From a virus (taxonomy: Duplodnaviria > Caudoviricetes): a stretch of 41,107 nt of DNA. This document shows, piece after piece, positions 18,747-28,325 of the stretch (its first letter is position 1; each line of letters begins with the position of its first letter). The DNA is taken from IMG/VR virus record IMGVR_UViG_3300012878_000052, positions 1-41,107 of that record; one strand, given 5' to 3'. A model generated the notes under the pieces. The model was not told the origin of the DNA. It did not search any database and saw only the letters and a program-made list of their open reading frames with translations. The position numbers and the translations under genes are program-made.

Positions 18747-19331
18747 ATGGCACTCGACCTCGCCCGCCTTATCTCCAATCTGATCCGAAACGGCTTCGTT
18801 TCGGCGGTGGACGTGGATGCAAAGCTGTGCCGCGTCACCTCCGGCGAGCTGACCACCACCTGGATCCAGTGGCTCACCCTGCGCGCAGGCGCCACGTCCA
18901 CTTGGTCTGCGCCCTCGGTGGGCGAACAGGTCATCTTGCTTTCTCCCGAGGGCGACACCGCCAACGCTGTTGCGCTATGCGGGCTGAACTCTGACCAGTT
19001 CCCCGCCCCGGCCGGCAGCGATGCGCTGACCCTGATGCGCTTCGCCGATGGCGCAGTGCTGCGCTATGACGCGCAGGCACACGCACTGGCCGCGCAGCTG
19101 CCGCCCGGTGGCACCTTCGCTGTCACCGCAGACGGCGGCACCACCATCAACGGGCCGCTGACCGTCAACGGGGAGACCACGCTCAACGGCAACACCGCCG
19201 TGGTGGGCGATGCCTCGGTGACCGGTACCGCCACCGCCCAGGTCGACGTGGTTGGCGCCGGCAAGAGCCTCAAAGATCACAAGCACACCGCTGTGCAGGC
19301 CGGCAGCGGCGTCTCGGGGCCGCCGCAATGA
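18747..19331 (+). CDS. V: Baseplate spike protein V
   Basis: RLISNLIRNG, WSAPSVGEQV, FADGAVLRYD, terminal HKH iron-binding motif. Confidence 0.95.
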   Translation: MALDLARLISNLIRNGFVSAVDVDAKLCRVTSGELTTTWIQWLTLRAGATSTWSAPSVGEQVILLSPEGDTANAVALCGLNSDQFPAPAGSDALTLMRFADGAVLRYDAQAHALAAQLPPGGTFAVTADGGTTINGPLTVNGETTLNGNTAVVGDASVTGTATAQVDVVGAGKSLKDHKHTAVQAGSGVSGPPQ

Positions 19332-19681
19332 GGGGGATGTCCGCCACCACCGGCCGCGCCATCGATGGCGCCGCGCATCTGGCGCAGTCAATCGCCGATG
19401 TGCTGACCACCCCGCTCAACACCCGCGTGATGCGGCGCGACTACGGTTCGTTGCTGTCCGAGCTGGTCGACCAGCCGTTCAACGGGCAGACCCGCACGCT
19501 GCTGTTCGGCGCGGTGGCCACGGCGCTGATGCGTTGGGAGCCGCGGATCCGCATCAAGAAGCTCTCCATCTCGCAGGGCGATGCGCCCGGCGCGTTTGTC
19601 CTGGACGTGGAAGGCACCCGAACCGACGTCACCCAGGGCAGCGGCTACACCCGCCTGACCATCCCCCTCCGCTTCCGCTAA
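19328..19681 (+). CDS. W: Baseplate protein W (gp25-like)
   Basis: HLAQSIADVLTTP..TRVMRRDYGS, RWEPRI. Confidence 0.95.
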   Translation: MRGMSATTGRAIDGAAHLAQSIADVLTTPLNTRVMRRDYGSLLSELVDQPFNGQTRTLLFGAVATALMRWEPRIRIKKLSISQGDAPGAFVLDVEGTRTDVTQGSGYTRLTIPLRFR

Positions 19682-19694
19682 TTGGAGATAACCC

Positions 19695-20858
19695 ATGGAC
19701 TACCACCACGGCGTCCGCGTCATCGAAGTAAACACCGGCGTCCGCCCCATCCGCACCGTGGCCACCGCCGTCATCGGCCTGGTGGTCACCGGCGATGCTG
19801 CTGACGTGACCGTGTTCCCGCTCAACAAGCCGGTCGTGCTGACCGACATCGCCACCGCCATCGGCAAGGCCGGCGCCACCGGTACGCTGAAGCCGTCCCT
19901 CGAAGCGATCGCGGACCAGACCAACCCGGTGCTGGTAGTGGTACGCGTCGAGGAAGCAGACAACGACGGCGAGCAGACGCTCGCAGTGATCGGCGGCAAG
20001 ACCGGTGGCGAGTACACCGGCCTGCAGGCGCTGCTGGCCGCTGAGGCGCAGCTCGGCGTCAAGCCGCGCATCATCGGCGTCCCCGGCCTGGACACCCAGC
20101 CGGTAGCCGCAGAACTGGGCGTGGTGGCCAAGAAGCTGCGTGCCATGGCCTACATCAGCGCGGGCACGGCCAAGACCGTCACCGAGGCCACTGCCTACCG
20201 CGAGCAGTTCGGTGCTCGCGAGCTGATGATCATCTGGCCGGACTTCACCGCGCTGGACAGCACCAGCGGGCAGATCGGCCCCGCCTTCGCCGTGGCCCGT
20301 GCGCTGGGCCTGCGCGCCCTGATCGACAAGGAACAGGGCTGGCACAAGAACCTGTCCAACGTCACCGTGGCTGGCGTCACCGGCATCTCCCGCGACGTGC
20401 ACTTCGACCTGCAGGATCCGGCCAGCGACGCAGGCCTGCTCAACGCCGGCGACGTGACCACCCTGGTGCAGATGAACGGCTACCGCTTTTGGGGCTCGCG
20501 CACCTGCAGCGATGATCCGCTGTTCGCCTTCGAGACCGCCACGCGCACCGCTCAGATCCTGGCCGACACCATCGCCGATGCCATGGCCGTGTACGTGGAC
20601 AAGCCGATGCATGCCTCCCTGATCAAGGACATCATCGAGAGCATCAATGCCAAGTTCCGCGAGCTGAAGGCCAGCGGCTACCTGATCGACGCCAAGGCCT
20701 GGTACGACCCGGACGTGAACACCCAGACCACGCTGGCCTCTGGCGGCCTGGTGATCGACTACGACTTCACGCCGGTCCCGCCGCTGGAAAACCTGCAGTT
20801 GCGCCAGCGCATCACCGACAAGTATCTGGCCGGCTTCGCTTCGGCCATCGCCAACTGA
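19695..20858 (+). CDS. FI: Tail sheath protein FI
   Basis: DYHHGVRVIE, GVKPRII, GWHKNLSN, GYRFWGSRTCSDDPLFAFE, DYDFTPVPPLENL. Confidence 0.97.
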   Translation: MDYHHGVRVIEVNTGVRPIRTVATAVIGLVVTGDAADVTVFPLNKPVVLTDIATAIGKAGATGTLKPSLEAIADQTNPVLVVVRVEEADNDGEQTLAVIGGKTGGEYTGLQALLAAEAQLGVKPRIIGVPGLDTQPVAAELGVVAKKLRAMAYISAGTAKTVTEATAYREQFGARELMIIWPDFTALDSTSGQIGPAFAVARALGLRALIDKEQGWHKNLSNVTVAGVTGISRDVHFDLQDPASDAGLLNAGDVTTLVQMNGYRFWGSRTCSDDPLFAFETATRTAQILADTIADAMAVYVDKPMHASLIKDIIESINAKFRELKASGYLIDAKAWYDPDVNTQTTLASGGLVIDYDFTPVPPLENLQLRQRITDKYLAGFASAIAN

Positions 20859-20917
20859 CCCCCTTCGCCGGCGGCGGTTGCGCCTGACCGCCCCGGCACC
20901 GTTTCGGAGATACCCAC

Positions 20918-21427
20918 ATGGCACTGCCCCGCAAGCTCAAAGGCTTCAACGTATTTTCCGCCGGCGAGAGTTTCCTCGGTGAAGCCAAGACCATCACCCT
21001 GCCCGAACTGAAGCGCCTCATGGAGGCCTACCGTGGTGGCGGCATGAGCGGCCCGGTCAAGATCGATCTGGGCCAGGATGAGATCCAGCTCAAGGTCGTC
21101 TACGGCGGCTTCATGAAGTCGATCCTGCGCCAGTACGCAGCGACCACGCACGACGCCGTGCAGCTGCGCTTCGCCGGCGGCTACCAGCGCGACGACAGCG
21201 GCCTGATGGATGCGGTCGAGATCGTCGTTCGCGGCCGCCACGAAGGCTTGGAGTTCGGCGATGCCGAAGCCGGCTCAGACACCGAGTTCACCGTCACCAC
21301 GGCCTGCAGCTACTACAAGCTGACCTGTAACGGCGAAGTCCTGGTCGAGATCGACCTGATCAATATGGTCGAGAACGTTGGCGGCATCGATCGCCTGCTG
21401 GCACTTCGCACCGCCATCGGCGCCTAA
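20918..21427 (+). CDS. FII: Tail tube protein FII
   Basis: MALPRKLKGFNVF, YRGGGM, LRFAGGYQRDD, YYKLT...EIDLINM. Confidence 0.97.
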   Translation: MALPRKLKGFNVFSAGESFLGEAKTITLPELKRLMEAYRGGGMSGPVKIDLGQDEIQLKVVYGGFMKSILRQYAATTHDAVQLRFAGGYQRDDSGLMDAVEIVVRGRHEGLEFGDAEAGSDTEFTVTTACSYYKLTCNGEVLVEIDLINMVENVGGIDRLLALRTAIGA

Positions 21428-21495
21428 CCACCTGACCCGCGCCGGGCGCGCCCCGCCCGCTCGCATCCCATTACCTGTTCCCTCGGAGAGACACC

Positions 21496-21831
21496 ATGAC
21501 CGCCACCACCATCCCCACCATCGAGCCCAAGGCTGCCCGCAAGGCCAACGTCACCCTCGAAGAGCCGTTGCAGCGTGGCGACTCCCTGGTCAAGTTCGTC
21601 GAAGTCCGCCGCCCGGGCGCCGGCGAACTGCGCGGCCTGAAACTGGTCGAGGTCCTGAACATGGACGTCACCGCGCTGTGCACCCTGTTGCCGCGCATCA
21701 CCAACCCGACGCTCACCGGTGCGGACGTGGTCGGTCTGGACCCGTCCGACCTGCTGCAGTTCGGCATGGAAGTGGCCGGTTTTTTCATGACGCGGGAACA
21801 GGCAGCTGCCCAGGGCTACCCGACCGCGTAG
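21496..21831 (+). CDS. E: Tail assembly chaperone E
   Basis: LEEPLQRG, RRPGAGELRGL, LLPRITNP, GFF. Confidence 0.93.
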   Translation: MTATTIPTIEPKAARKANVTLEEPLQRGDSLVKFVEVRRPGAGELRGLKLVEVLNMDVTALCTLLPRITNPTLTGADVVGLDPSDLLQFGMEVAGFFMTREQAAAQGYPTA

Positions 21832-21956
21832 AGGACGCGATGGCCGACGTGGCCAGCATCTTCCACTGGGGACCGTCGGAGATGGACCGATGGTCGGCAG
21901 AGGAACTGATGGAGTGGCGCGAGCGCGCCCGGCAACGCAGCGGCGCCCCCGATTGA
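21496..21956 (+). CDS. E': E+E' product via programmed -1 frameshift
   Basis: T6 run at 21780-21785 (GGT TTT TTC). The -1 frame encodes MADVASIFHWGPSEM...ELMEWRERA, as in P2 E'. Confidence 0.85.
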
Positions 21957-21968
21957 GGGCGCCGTTTT
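21941..21968 (+). terminator. Weak terminator-like hairpin before the tape measure gene
   Basis: CGGCGCCC...GGGCGCCG followed by TTTT. Confidence 0.4.
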
Positions 21969-21987
21969 ACTTACGGAGACCTGGTAG

Positions 21988-24849
21988 ATGAGTGAAAACA
22001 TGCGGCTGCGCGTCCTGCTGGATGCGGTCGACAAGGCCACCGGGCCGATGCGGCGCATCCTGGGCGGTAGCAAGACCCTCACCGAATCGCTGCGCACGCA
22101 ACGGGAAGCCCTGCGCGGGCTGAATGCCCAGCAGCGGGACATCGCAGCCTTCCGCGAGCAGGCCGACGCATCCCAGCGCGCTGCAGCGGCGCTGAAAGCA
22201 CAGCGCGTTGTGGTGAAGCAGCTGGCCCGGGAGATCAAGTCGGCCGGCCAGCCCAGCGAAGAGCTGACCCAGCGCTTTGAGGCCGCCCAGCGCTCGGCTG
22301 GCCGGATGAAGTACCAGTTCCAGCAGAGCGAGAAGCGGCTGCAGGTGTTGCGCGGCCAGCTCACTGCCGCCGGCGTCAGCACCCGTGACCTGGGCGCCCA
22401 CGAGCGCCGCCTGCGCACCGACATTGGCAGTGCCAATGCTGCGATCGAGCAGCAGCAACGACGCCTGGCCGGCTTGGCCGCCGCGCAGAGACGCGCACAG
22501 GCCGTCCAGAGCGCCGGGCTGAAGGCCACAGCGCTTGGTGCCGGCATGGCCATTGGCGGGCGTCAGGCGCTCGGCGCGGCCATGCTCCCGGTCAGCGAAG
22601 CGGTCGGCTTCGAGTCAGCCATGGCCGACGTGCGCAAGGTGGTGGATTTCGATACCCCCCGGCAGTTCGCCCAGATGGGCCTGGACATCGAAGACCTGTC
22701 GCGCCGCCTGCCGATGGTGCCCACCGAGATCGCCAAGATCGTCGCCGCCGCCGGTCAGGCATCAATCCCGCGCAAGGAGCTGCTGCGGTTCGCAGAGGAC
22801 GCGACCAAGCTGGGCGTGGCCTTCGATACCACCGCCGAAGACGCCGGCCAGACCATGGCCACTTGGCGCACCGCCTTCCGCATGGGGCAGGCCGAGGTCG
22901 TCACCTTGGCCGACAAGATCAACTACCTCGGCAACACCGGCCCAGCCAGCGTCCAGAAAATCAGCGACGTGGTGAACCGCATCGGCGCTCTGGGTGAGGT
23001 GGCAGGCCTGCAGAGCGGGCCGCTGGCGGCGCTGGGCGCGACCGTGGCGGGCATGGGCATAGAGTCGGAGGTATCCGCAACCGGCATCAAGAACATGCTG
23101 CTCACGCTCTCTTCCGGCGAGGCGGCAACGAAGCGGCAGCTGGTCGCCTTCGACCAGCTGGGCCTGAGCGCCAAGTCGATGGCGCAGGACATGCAGAAGG
23201 ATGCAGGCGGGGCGATCCTCAACGTGCTGGAGCGACTGAAGAAGCTGCCGGCAGCGTCCCAAGCGGCGACCATGACCACGCTGTTCGGCCGCGAGTCCAT
23301 CGGCGCCATCGCACCGCTGCTGACGAACCTCGACCTGCTGAAGACCAACTTCGACAAGGTCACCGACGCGCAGAAGTACGCCGGGTCCATGGAGCAGGAA
23401 TACGCCGCGCGCGTGGCCACCTCCCAGAACGCCATGCAGCTGGCAAAGAACACCGCGTTGGTGATGGCCGGTACGCTCGGCCGCACGCTGCTGCCTGACA
23501 TCAAGGCCGCTTCCGAGGCGGTGGCCAAGGTGGTCGGCCGCTTCATCGACTGGACCCGGCAGAACCCACAGCTGGCACGTGCGCTCACCATCAGCGCCGT
23601 CGCCGGCGCCGCCCTGGTCACGGCGCTGGGCGGCCTGCTTACCGTGGGCGGTCTGGCCGCGATGGCCTTCGGCCAGATCCACGGCGCAATCGCGCTGCTG
23701 TCAGGCGGTGGCGGTATTGGCGCGCTGGTCGCCCGCTTCGGGACGCTGGCTGGCCAGGTGCTGCCCACCCTGCTGAACGTGGGTCGCGCCCTGATGGTGC
23801 TGCTGGGCGGGGTTAGTCTGCCGGTGCTGGCCATCGCCGCGGCGGTCGCCGTCGTGGCGGCGGTGGTCTGGAAATACTGGGGGCCAATCAAGGCCTTCAT
23901 GGTCGGCGTTTGGCAGGGCCTGCAGGAAGCATTCGCGCCCGTGCTGGCCGAGCTGCGCACCGCGCTGGCTCCGCTCGCACCGCTCTGGGATCAACTCTCG
24001 GCGGCCATTGGCAAGGTGTGGGACTGGATTACACAGCTGTTTACCCCGTTCCAGGCGACCACCGAGCAGCTGGAAGGCGCCACCAGCGCTGGACGGACCT
24101 TCGGGCAAATCCTGGGCGTGGGCCTTACGGTGCAGCTGCGCATGGCGGTGAAGGCCATCGGGTGGCTGGTCACGGCGGCCACCACCATGCAGGCGGTGGT
24201 GATGCGCGTGGTAGGCGGCCTGGGGCAGTACCTGGGCGGCGCATGGTCGTTGATCGTGGGGTTGTTCACTGGCAACGGTCAGCGCATCACCCAAGGCCTG
24301 CAGAGCATGTGGACCGGCATCAACACCCTGATGGCGAGCTGGCCAGCGCGGATGATGCAGGCCGGTACCGATATGGTCATGGGCCTGGTCAACGGCATCC
24401 GGTCGAAGATCTCGGCGGCCACTTCGGCCGTGTCCGGTGTCGGCCGGGGCGTGATCGACCAGTTCAAGGGCATGCTGGGGATCCACAGCCCCTCACGCGT
24501 CTTCGCCCAGCTGGGCGGGTTCACCATGCAGGGGCTGGCCAACGGCCTGCAGGCGGGCCAAGGAGGCCCCCTGTCGGCGCTGGAGGGCATCACCCGCCGT
24601 ATCCAGCAGGTGGGCGCTGGCGCGGCGCTGGCGGCCTTGGCGGCCCCGGTGGGAGCAGTGGACACTCGGCCTCCCGTATCGGCCGCTCGCAGCGCGCCGT
24701 CGGCGGCACCTCAGCAGATCGTGATCAACATCTATCCGCAGGCCGGGCAGGACGCCGGCGACATCGCTCGCGCGGTTCGCGCCGAGTTTGAAGCACTGCA
24801 ACGACAGAAACAGGCACGCGGCCGCTCCGCGTTGGCCGATGGGGAGTAA
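21988..24849 (+). CDS. T: Tail tape measure protein
   Basis: 953 aa helical Ala/Gly-rich. LDAVDKATGP, FESAMADVRKVVDF, LFGRES, LGIHSPSRVF. Confidence 0.96.
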   Translation: MSENMRLRVLLDAVDKATGPMRRILGGSKTLTESLRTQREALRGLNAQQRDIAAFREQADASQRAAAALKAQRVVVKQLAREIKSAGQPSEELTQRFEAAQRSAGRMKYQFQQSEKRLQVLRGQLTAAGVSTRDLGAHERRLRTDIGSANAAIEQQQRRLAGLAAAQRRAQAVQSAGLKATALGAGMAIGGRQALGAAMLPVSEAVGFESAMADVRKVVDFDTPRQFAQMGLDIEDLSRRLPMVPTEIAKIVAAAGQASIPRKELLRFAEDATKLGVAFDTTAEDAGQTMATWRTAFRMGQAEVVTLADKINYLGNTGPASVQKISDVVNRIGALGEVAGLQSGPLAALGATVAGMGIESEVSATGIKNMLLTLSSGEAATKRQLVAFDQLGLSAKSMAQDMQKDAGGAILNVLERLKKLPAASQAATMTTLFGRESIGAIAPLLTNLDLLKTNFDKVTDAQKYAGSMEQEYAARVATSQNAMQLAKNTALVMAGTLGRTLLPDIKAASEAVAKVVGRFIDWTRQNPQLARALTISAVAGAALVTALGGLLTVGGLAAMAFGQIHGAIALLSGGGGIGALVARFGTLAGQVLPTLLNVGRALMVLLGGVSLPVLAIAAAVAVVAAVVWKYWGPIKAFMVGVWQGLQEAFAPVLAELRTALAPLAPLWDQLSAAIGKVWDWITQLFTPFQATTEQLEGATSAGRTFGQILGVGLTVQLRMAVKAIGWLVTAATTMQAVVMRVVGGLGQYLGGAWSLIVGLFTGNGQRITQGLQSMWTGINTLMASWPARMMQAGTDMVMGLVNGIRSKISAATSAVSGVGRGVIDQFKGMLGIHSPSRVFAQLGGFTMQGLANGLQAGQGGPLSALEGITRRIQQVGAGAALAALAAPVGAVDTRPPVSAARSAPSAAPQQIVINIYPQAGQDAGDIARAVRAEFEALQRQKQARGRSALADGE

Positions 24850-24855
24850 CGACAG

Positions 24856-25257
24856 ATGATGATGTGCCTTGGAACCTTCGTTTTCTCGCTTCGCGATGGC
24901 GCGTATGAGCAGCTGACACATGACCTGTCCTGGCGGCACGCCCGCACCGAACGCGTGGGCGCGATCGCTGCCTCGCAGTTCGTTGGGCCCGGCGATGACA
25001 GCATCCAGCTGAGCGGACTGATCGCCCCGCCACTGACCGGCCAGTACTCTTCCCTGGCCACCCTGCGGGAGATGGCAGACACCGGCCGCCCGTGGGCGCT
25101 GGTGACCGGTGATGGCCTGCTGCTGGGTGCGTTCGCCATCACCACGCTGAAGGAGACACAGAGTCTGTTCTTCCCCGACGGCACACCGCGGAAGGTCGAG
25201 TTCCAGCTCGGCCTGGAGCGTGTGCCCGATGAAGCCATGGCGGAGGCCCAGCCATGA
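24856..25257 (+). CDS. U: Tail protein U
   Basis: MMCLGTFVF, QFVGPGDDSIQLSG, FFPDGTPRKVEF. Confidence 0.95.
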   Translation: MMMCLGTFVFSLRDGAYEQLTHDLSWRHARTERVGAIAASQFVGPGDDSIQLSGLIAPPLTGQYSSLATLREMADTGRPWALVTGDGLLLGAFAITTLKETQSLFFPDGTPRKVEFQLGLERVPDEAMAEAQP

Positions 25258-26309
25258 CCAACCGCATGGGCTACCCCATCCCCGCGTGGCGCGTCACCCT
25301 GGGCGGCAGCGACCTCACCGACCGCATCGCCCCTCGCCTGATCGAGCTGACACTGAAGGAATGCCGGGGCGGCGAGGCTGACCAGCTGGATCTGCGGATC
25401 CACGACCATGACGGGCGCATGGCACTGCCGCGCAAGGGCGTCACCATCGCAGTGGCGATGGGGTGGCGAGACGGCGGCCTGGTGGACAAGGGCACCTTCG
25501 TGGTCGATGAGGTCGAACACAGCGGCCCGCCAGACATCATCACGATCCGCGCCCGTAGCGCGGAGCTGACCAAGACCATGCGGACCCGGCGTGATCGAAG
25601 CTGGCACGACACCACCGTCGGGGCGGTCATCAGCGCGATCGCCGGTGAGCACAGTCTGCGTGCGCGGGTGGCATCGGACTTGGCCAACTTGGATCTGGAT
25701 CACCTGGACCAATCCAACGAGAGCGACGTGGCGCTGCTCACCCGGCTGGGGAAGCGCTTCGATGCGGTGGCCACGGTCAAGGCCGGCTCGCTGTTGTTCG
25801 CCCCGATCGACAGCGGCACCACACCCGCTGGTATCGAACTGCCGCTCGCATCGATTACGCGCAGTGACGGGGACAGCCACAGGTTCAGTGCGAGTGAGCG
25901 AGACACCTACAGCGGCGCACGCGCGTACTGGAACGACAAGAAAGGCGCCCGCCGCAGGTCGGTGCTGGTGGGCACGGCCACCAACGCCAAGACGCTGCGG
26001 GAGACCTTCGACAGCGAGCGAACCGCGCGGGAGCATGCGGATGCCGAATGGAAGCGCGTGCAGCGCGGCGCGGCAAAGCTGGAGTACTCGCTGGCGCTGG
26101 GCCGGGCAACCCTCTACCCCGAGCAGCGCATCGACGTGTCCGGATTCAAGCCCGACATCGATGACCGCACCTGGCTGATCGCCGAGGCAACCCACAGCAT
26201 CACGGGCAGCAGCGGCTTCACCACTTCACTGGTGCTGGAAACCTCAATTTCCACTGGTAGCCCTTTCGACACTGCAAGCGATGCCTCCAGTGATGCTCAG
26301 GCTATCTAG
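25254..26309 (+). CDS. D: Tail/baseplate hub protein D
   Basis: RGGEADQL, KGTFVVDEVEHSGPPD, DQSNESD, SGFKPDID, GFTTSLVLE. Confidence 0.95.
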   Translation: MTNRMGYPIPAWRVTLGGSDLTDRIAPRLIELTLKECRGGEADQLDLRIHDHDGRMALPRKGVTIAVAMGWRDGGLVDKGTFVVDEVEHSGPPDIITIRARSAELTKTMRTRRDRSWHDTTVGAVISAIAGEHSLRARVASDLANLDLDHLDQSNESDVALLTRLGKRFDAVATVKAGSLLFAPIDSGTTPAGIELPLASITRSDGDSHRFSASERDTYSGARAYWNDKKGARRRSVLVGTATNAKTLRETFDSERTAREHADAEWKRVQRGAAKLEYSLALGRATLYPEQRIDVSGFKPDIDDRTWLIAEATHSITGSSGFTTSLVLETSISTGSPFDTASDASSDAQAI

Positions 26310-26781
26310 CAACATCCTTGAAAACATTGGAACAGTAATTTCGCCACACGGCATCCTGAACCTGGACAATGATCTCCCGCCGCGTGGCGTTGAAGAACAC
26401 CGTCTCAAGAACGCTCTGCGGCACAAAGATCCCGACAGAATTGTGCGCGGCCACTTCGCATGGAAAGAGGTCATCAAAGCCGTAGTTGCGGAGGCTCGAC
26501 ATCACCCAACCAGGATGGCCGTCGAGCCTCTTGTAAGCCCACGCGTCCTTGATCTTTGCCATCAAGCCCACCTTGCGCCACGGATACAGCAACGTTACGG
26601 CTCCAACATGGACAACGTGGGAGGAAAGATTCTGGATTGAAATATGGCAACCGGTTTGCCCATCTTCTAGGGCACATACAACAACAACTTTGATATTTGG
26701 TCGGCTCGACTTCCACTGCCAAAAGAACACCACAGTGGAGAGCAGCGCAGCGTAAAGAGCGATGATATCGGTGACACTCAT
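26302..26781 (-). CDS. Hypothetical protein with N-terminal TM helix (moron)
   Basis: IIALYAALLSTVVFFWQW TM segment, lower GC, convergent with D. Start at 26781 or 26802. Confidence 0.75.
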   Translation of the reverse strand: MSVTDIIALYAALLSTVVFFWQWKSSRPNIKVVVVCALEDGQTGCHISIQNLSSHVVHVGAVTLLYPWRKVGLMAKIKDAWAYKRLDGHPGWVMSSLRNYGFDDLFPCEVAAHNSVGIFVPQSVLETVFFNATRREIIVQVQDAVWRNYCSNVFKDVAR

Positions 26782-26917
26782 GGAGTTCGGCCCCGTTTTC
26801 ATGTACTGACTGTTTTTTGCGGATCGTGGCTAGAGCATCCCTCGCTCTGCGACTGGCTTCGGAGGCACCAGCGGCTCTATGACTTGTTCGGCCATCAAGG
26901 TAACCCTACGCCTTAGC

Positions 26918-27835
26918 CTACGCAGGCTCCCGATCAAAGAGCATGCCGTTGAGGGTGTACTTTCTTTTCTTGTGGTCCAAATAGCGATAGGCGCCCTGCT
27001 TGGGACCACTGGAATTAGACCAGCCGGACAGGTCTTTCCACTTCGCTTGATCAAGACGGTCCACATACTCGATCGGATAGTCGAGGAAGCCCATGATCAC
27101 CTTTACGGAATTAACCTCCAAGTTGAGCGACACAGGCTCCCGCACATTGTGATTGTCGCTTACCGCCTGGACATGCACTCCGCCCGATGTGGCGATCGCG
27201 AGCTGGTCAAGAGTGTACTTGGTAGTTTCCCAGTCCTTCACCCCAAAAAAGAACGCGGGGGGCAGCGCGGGTCGCTCAGGCCCATCTGTTTTCTGGCTCA
27301 GAACCTCGTAGAGTCTAGCCCGAACATCATCCTCAGCCAGCTCGTATGCCAGCCGGTATTCTTCTGTCGTGATGGACTGAGTTAGATGCTTCACATTGAG
27401 TATCAGCCTCGCCGCGCGAATCCAGGTGATCCGGTCGTTGTTGCGGTCCTTGAGGAGATTGTGGGCCGATTCAAGCCCTTGCTTGCACTGCTCGTAAATG
27501 ATTCTCGAACGCGCATCGGCACGATCACGTTCGATTTTTCCCTTGTCTCTAGCAAAAGCCAGCACAGCAATGAGCACACCGGTAGCAGCCACAGTGGGCG
27601 CCACAAGATCCTTGGATGATGCGAGAGCCGCACCGAGGGTCGAGTCGCGCACAATCGCAACTACTAACACGACGATCATTACTATCCACATAGACGATGC
27701 CAACAGAATTCCGAACCTTACGTCGTTGCCGCCTGGTGCCCTCTTCGACTTAAGGTCGGTGTTGCAAGCCCACCTGATAAATTTTTCCACCCCGATCGAG
27801 GTTGCTTTGTTTATGTAGTAAACAGTCGATTTCAT
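26918..27835 (-). CDS. Hypothetical 2-TM protein with large soluble domain (moron)
   Basis: 305 aa, two hydrophobic helices then a helical domain (NNDRITWIRAARL), lower GC. Confidence 0.8.
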   Translation of the reverse strand: MKSTVYYINKATSIGVEKFIRWACNTDLKSKRAPGGNDVRFGILLASSMWIVMIVVLVVAIVRDSTLGAALASSKDLVAPTVAATGVLIAVLAFARDKGKIERDRADARSRIIYEQCKQGLESAHNLLKDRNNDRITWIRAARLILNVKHLTQSITTEEYRLAYELAEDDVRARLYEVLSQKTDGPERPALPPAFFFGVKDWETTKYTLDQLAIATSGGVHVQAVSDNHNVREPVSLNLEVNSVKVIMGFLDYPIEYVDRLDQAKWKDLSGWSNSSGPKQGAYRYLDHKKRKYTLNGMLFDREPA

Positions 27836-27864
27836 AGTCGCTATAGCTCAATATTCTTCCGGCA

Positions 27865-28248
27865 TCACTGCCATTTGCGCTTACGTAGGATGATCCGCAT
27901 TGACCTCGCGAGCACCCCTTCAAAAGTGACGGTGTTTGAACGAACTACGATCCCCGCGACGAGGAAGAAGGCCGCGTGCGTAAGGTGCGATGCCGGCTGG
28001 AGATCGGCAAGTGGGAGTGCCAACCATGCCTGCCATATCGCAACGGTGAGCAGGGCAGTGGCCAACGGTCCGTTACCAGCCCTCCGCTCATTGCCTTGAT
28101 CGTCTTGCCGCACGTGCTTTGCCGCGATGGGGCATGTGATTTGTACATGCCCAGTGAACACCTGCCCGATGGTTGCACCATCAAACACCGTAGTACCGCT
28201 GCACCGGCAACCCGCCGGCAAACCGTTATCCGTACTGCTACACCGCAT
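27865..28248 (-). CDS. Small 2-TM protein with an N-terminal motif shared with the repressor C-terminus
   Basis: 127 aa. TVFDGATIGQVFTGHVQI motif, two hydrophobic segments, basic tail. GGAG/AAGGA upstream. Confidence 0.7.
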   Translation of the reverse strand: MRCSSTDNGLPAGCRCSGTTVFDGATIGQVFTGHVQITCPIAAKHVRQDDQGNERRAGNGPLATALLTVAIWQAWLALPLADLQPASHLTHAAFFLVAGIVVRSNTVTFEGVLARSMRIILRKRKWQ

Positions 28249-28325
28249 AGTCCTTCACACTCCAATCGCGCACTCTCGCGCCCCCTGTTGGAGAGAAGTA
28301 AACCGGGTCCAGTACGGAATAAAAG

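Noticed and set aside
21780-21956. Frameshifted pseudogene
   Set aside because: Matches the conserved programmed E/E' -1 frameshift of P2-like phages.
26879-27385. Plus-strand ORFs in the moron region (also 26281-26640, 27976-28329)
   Set aside because: They overlap more convincing minus-strand membrane-protein genes and lack RBS or motifs.
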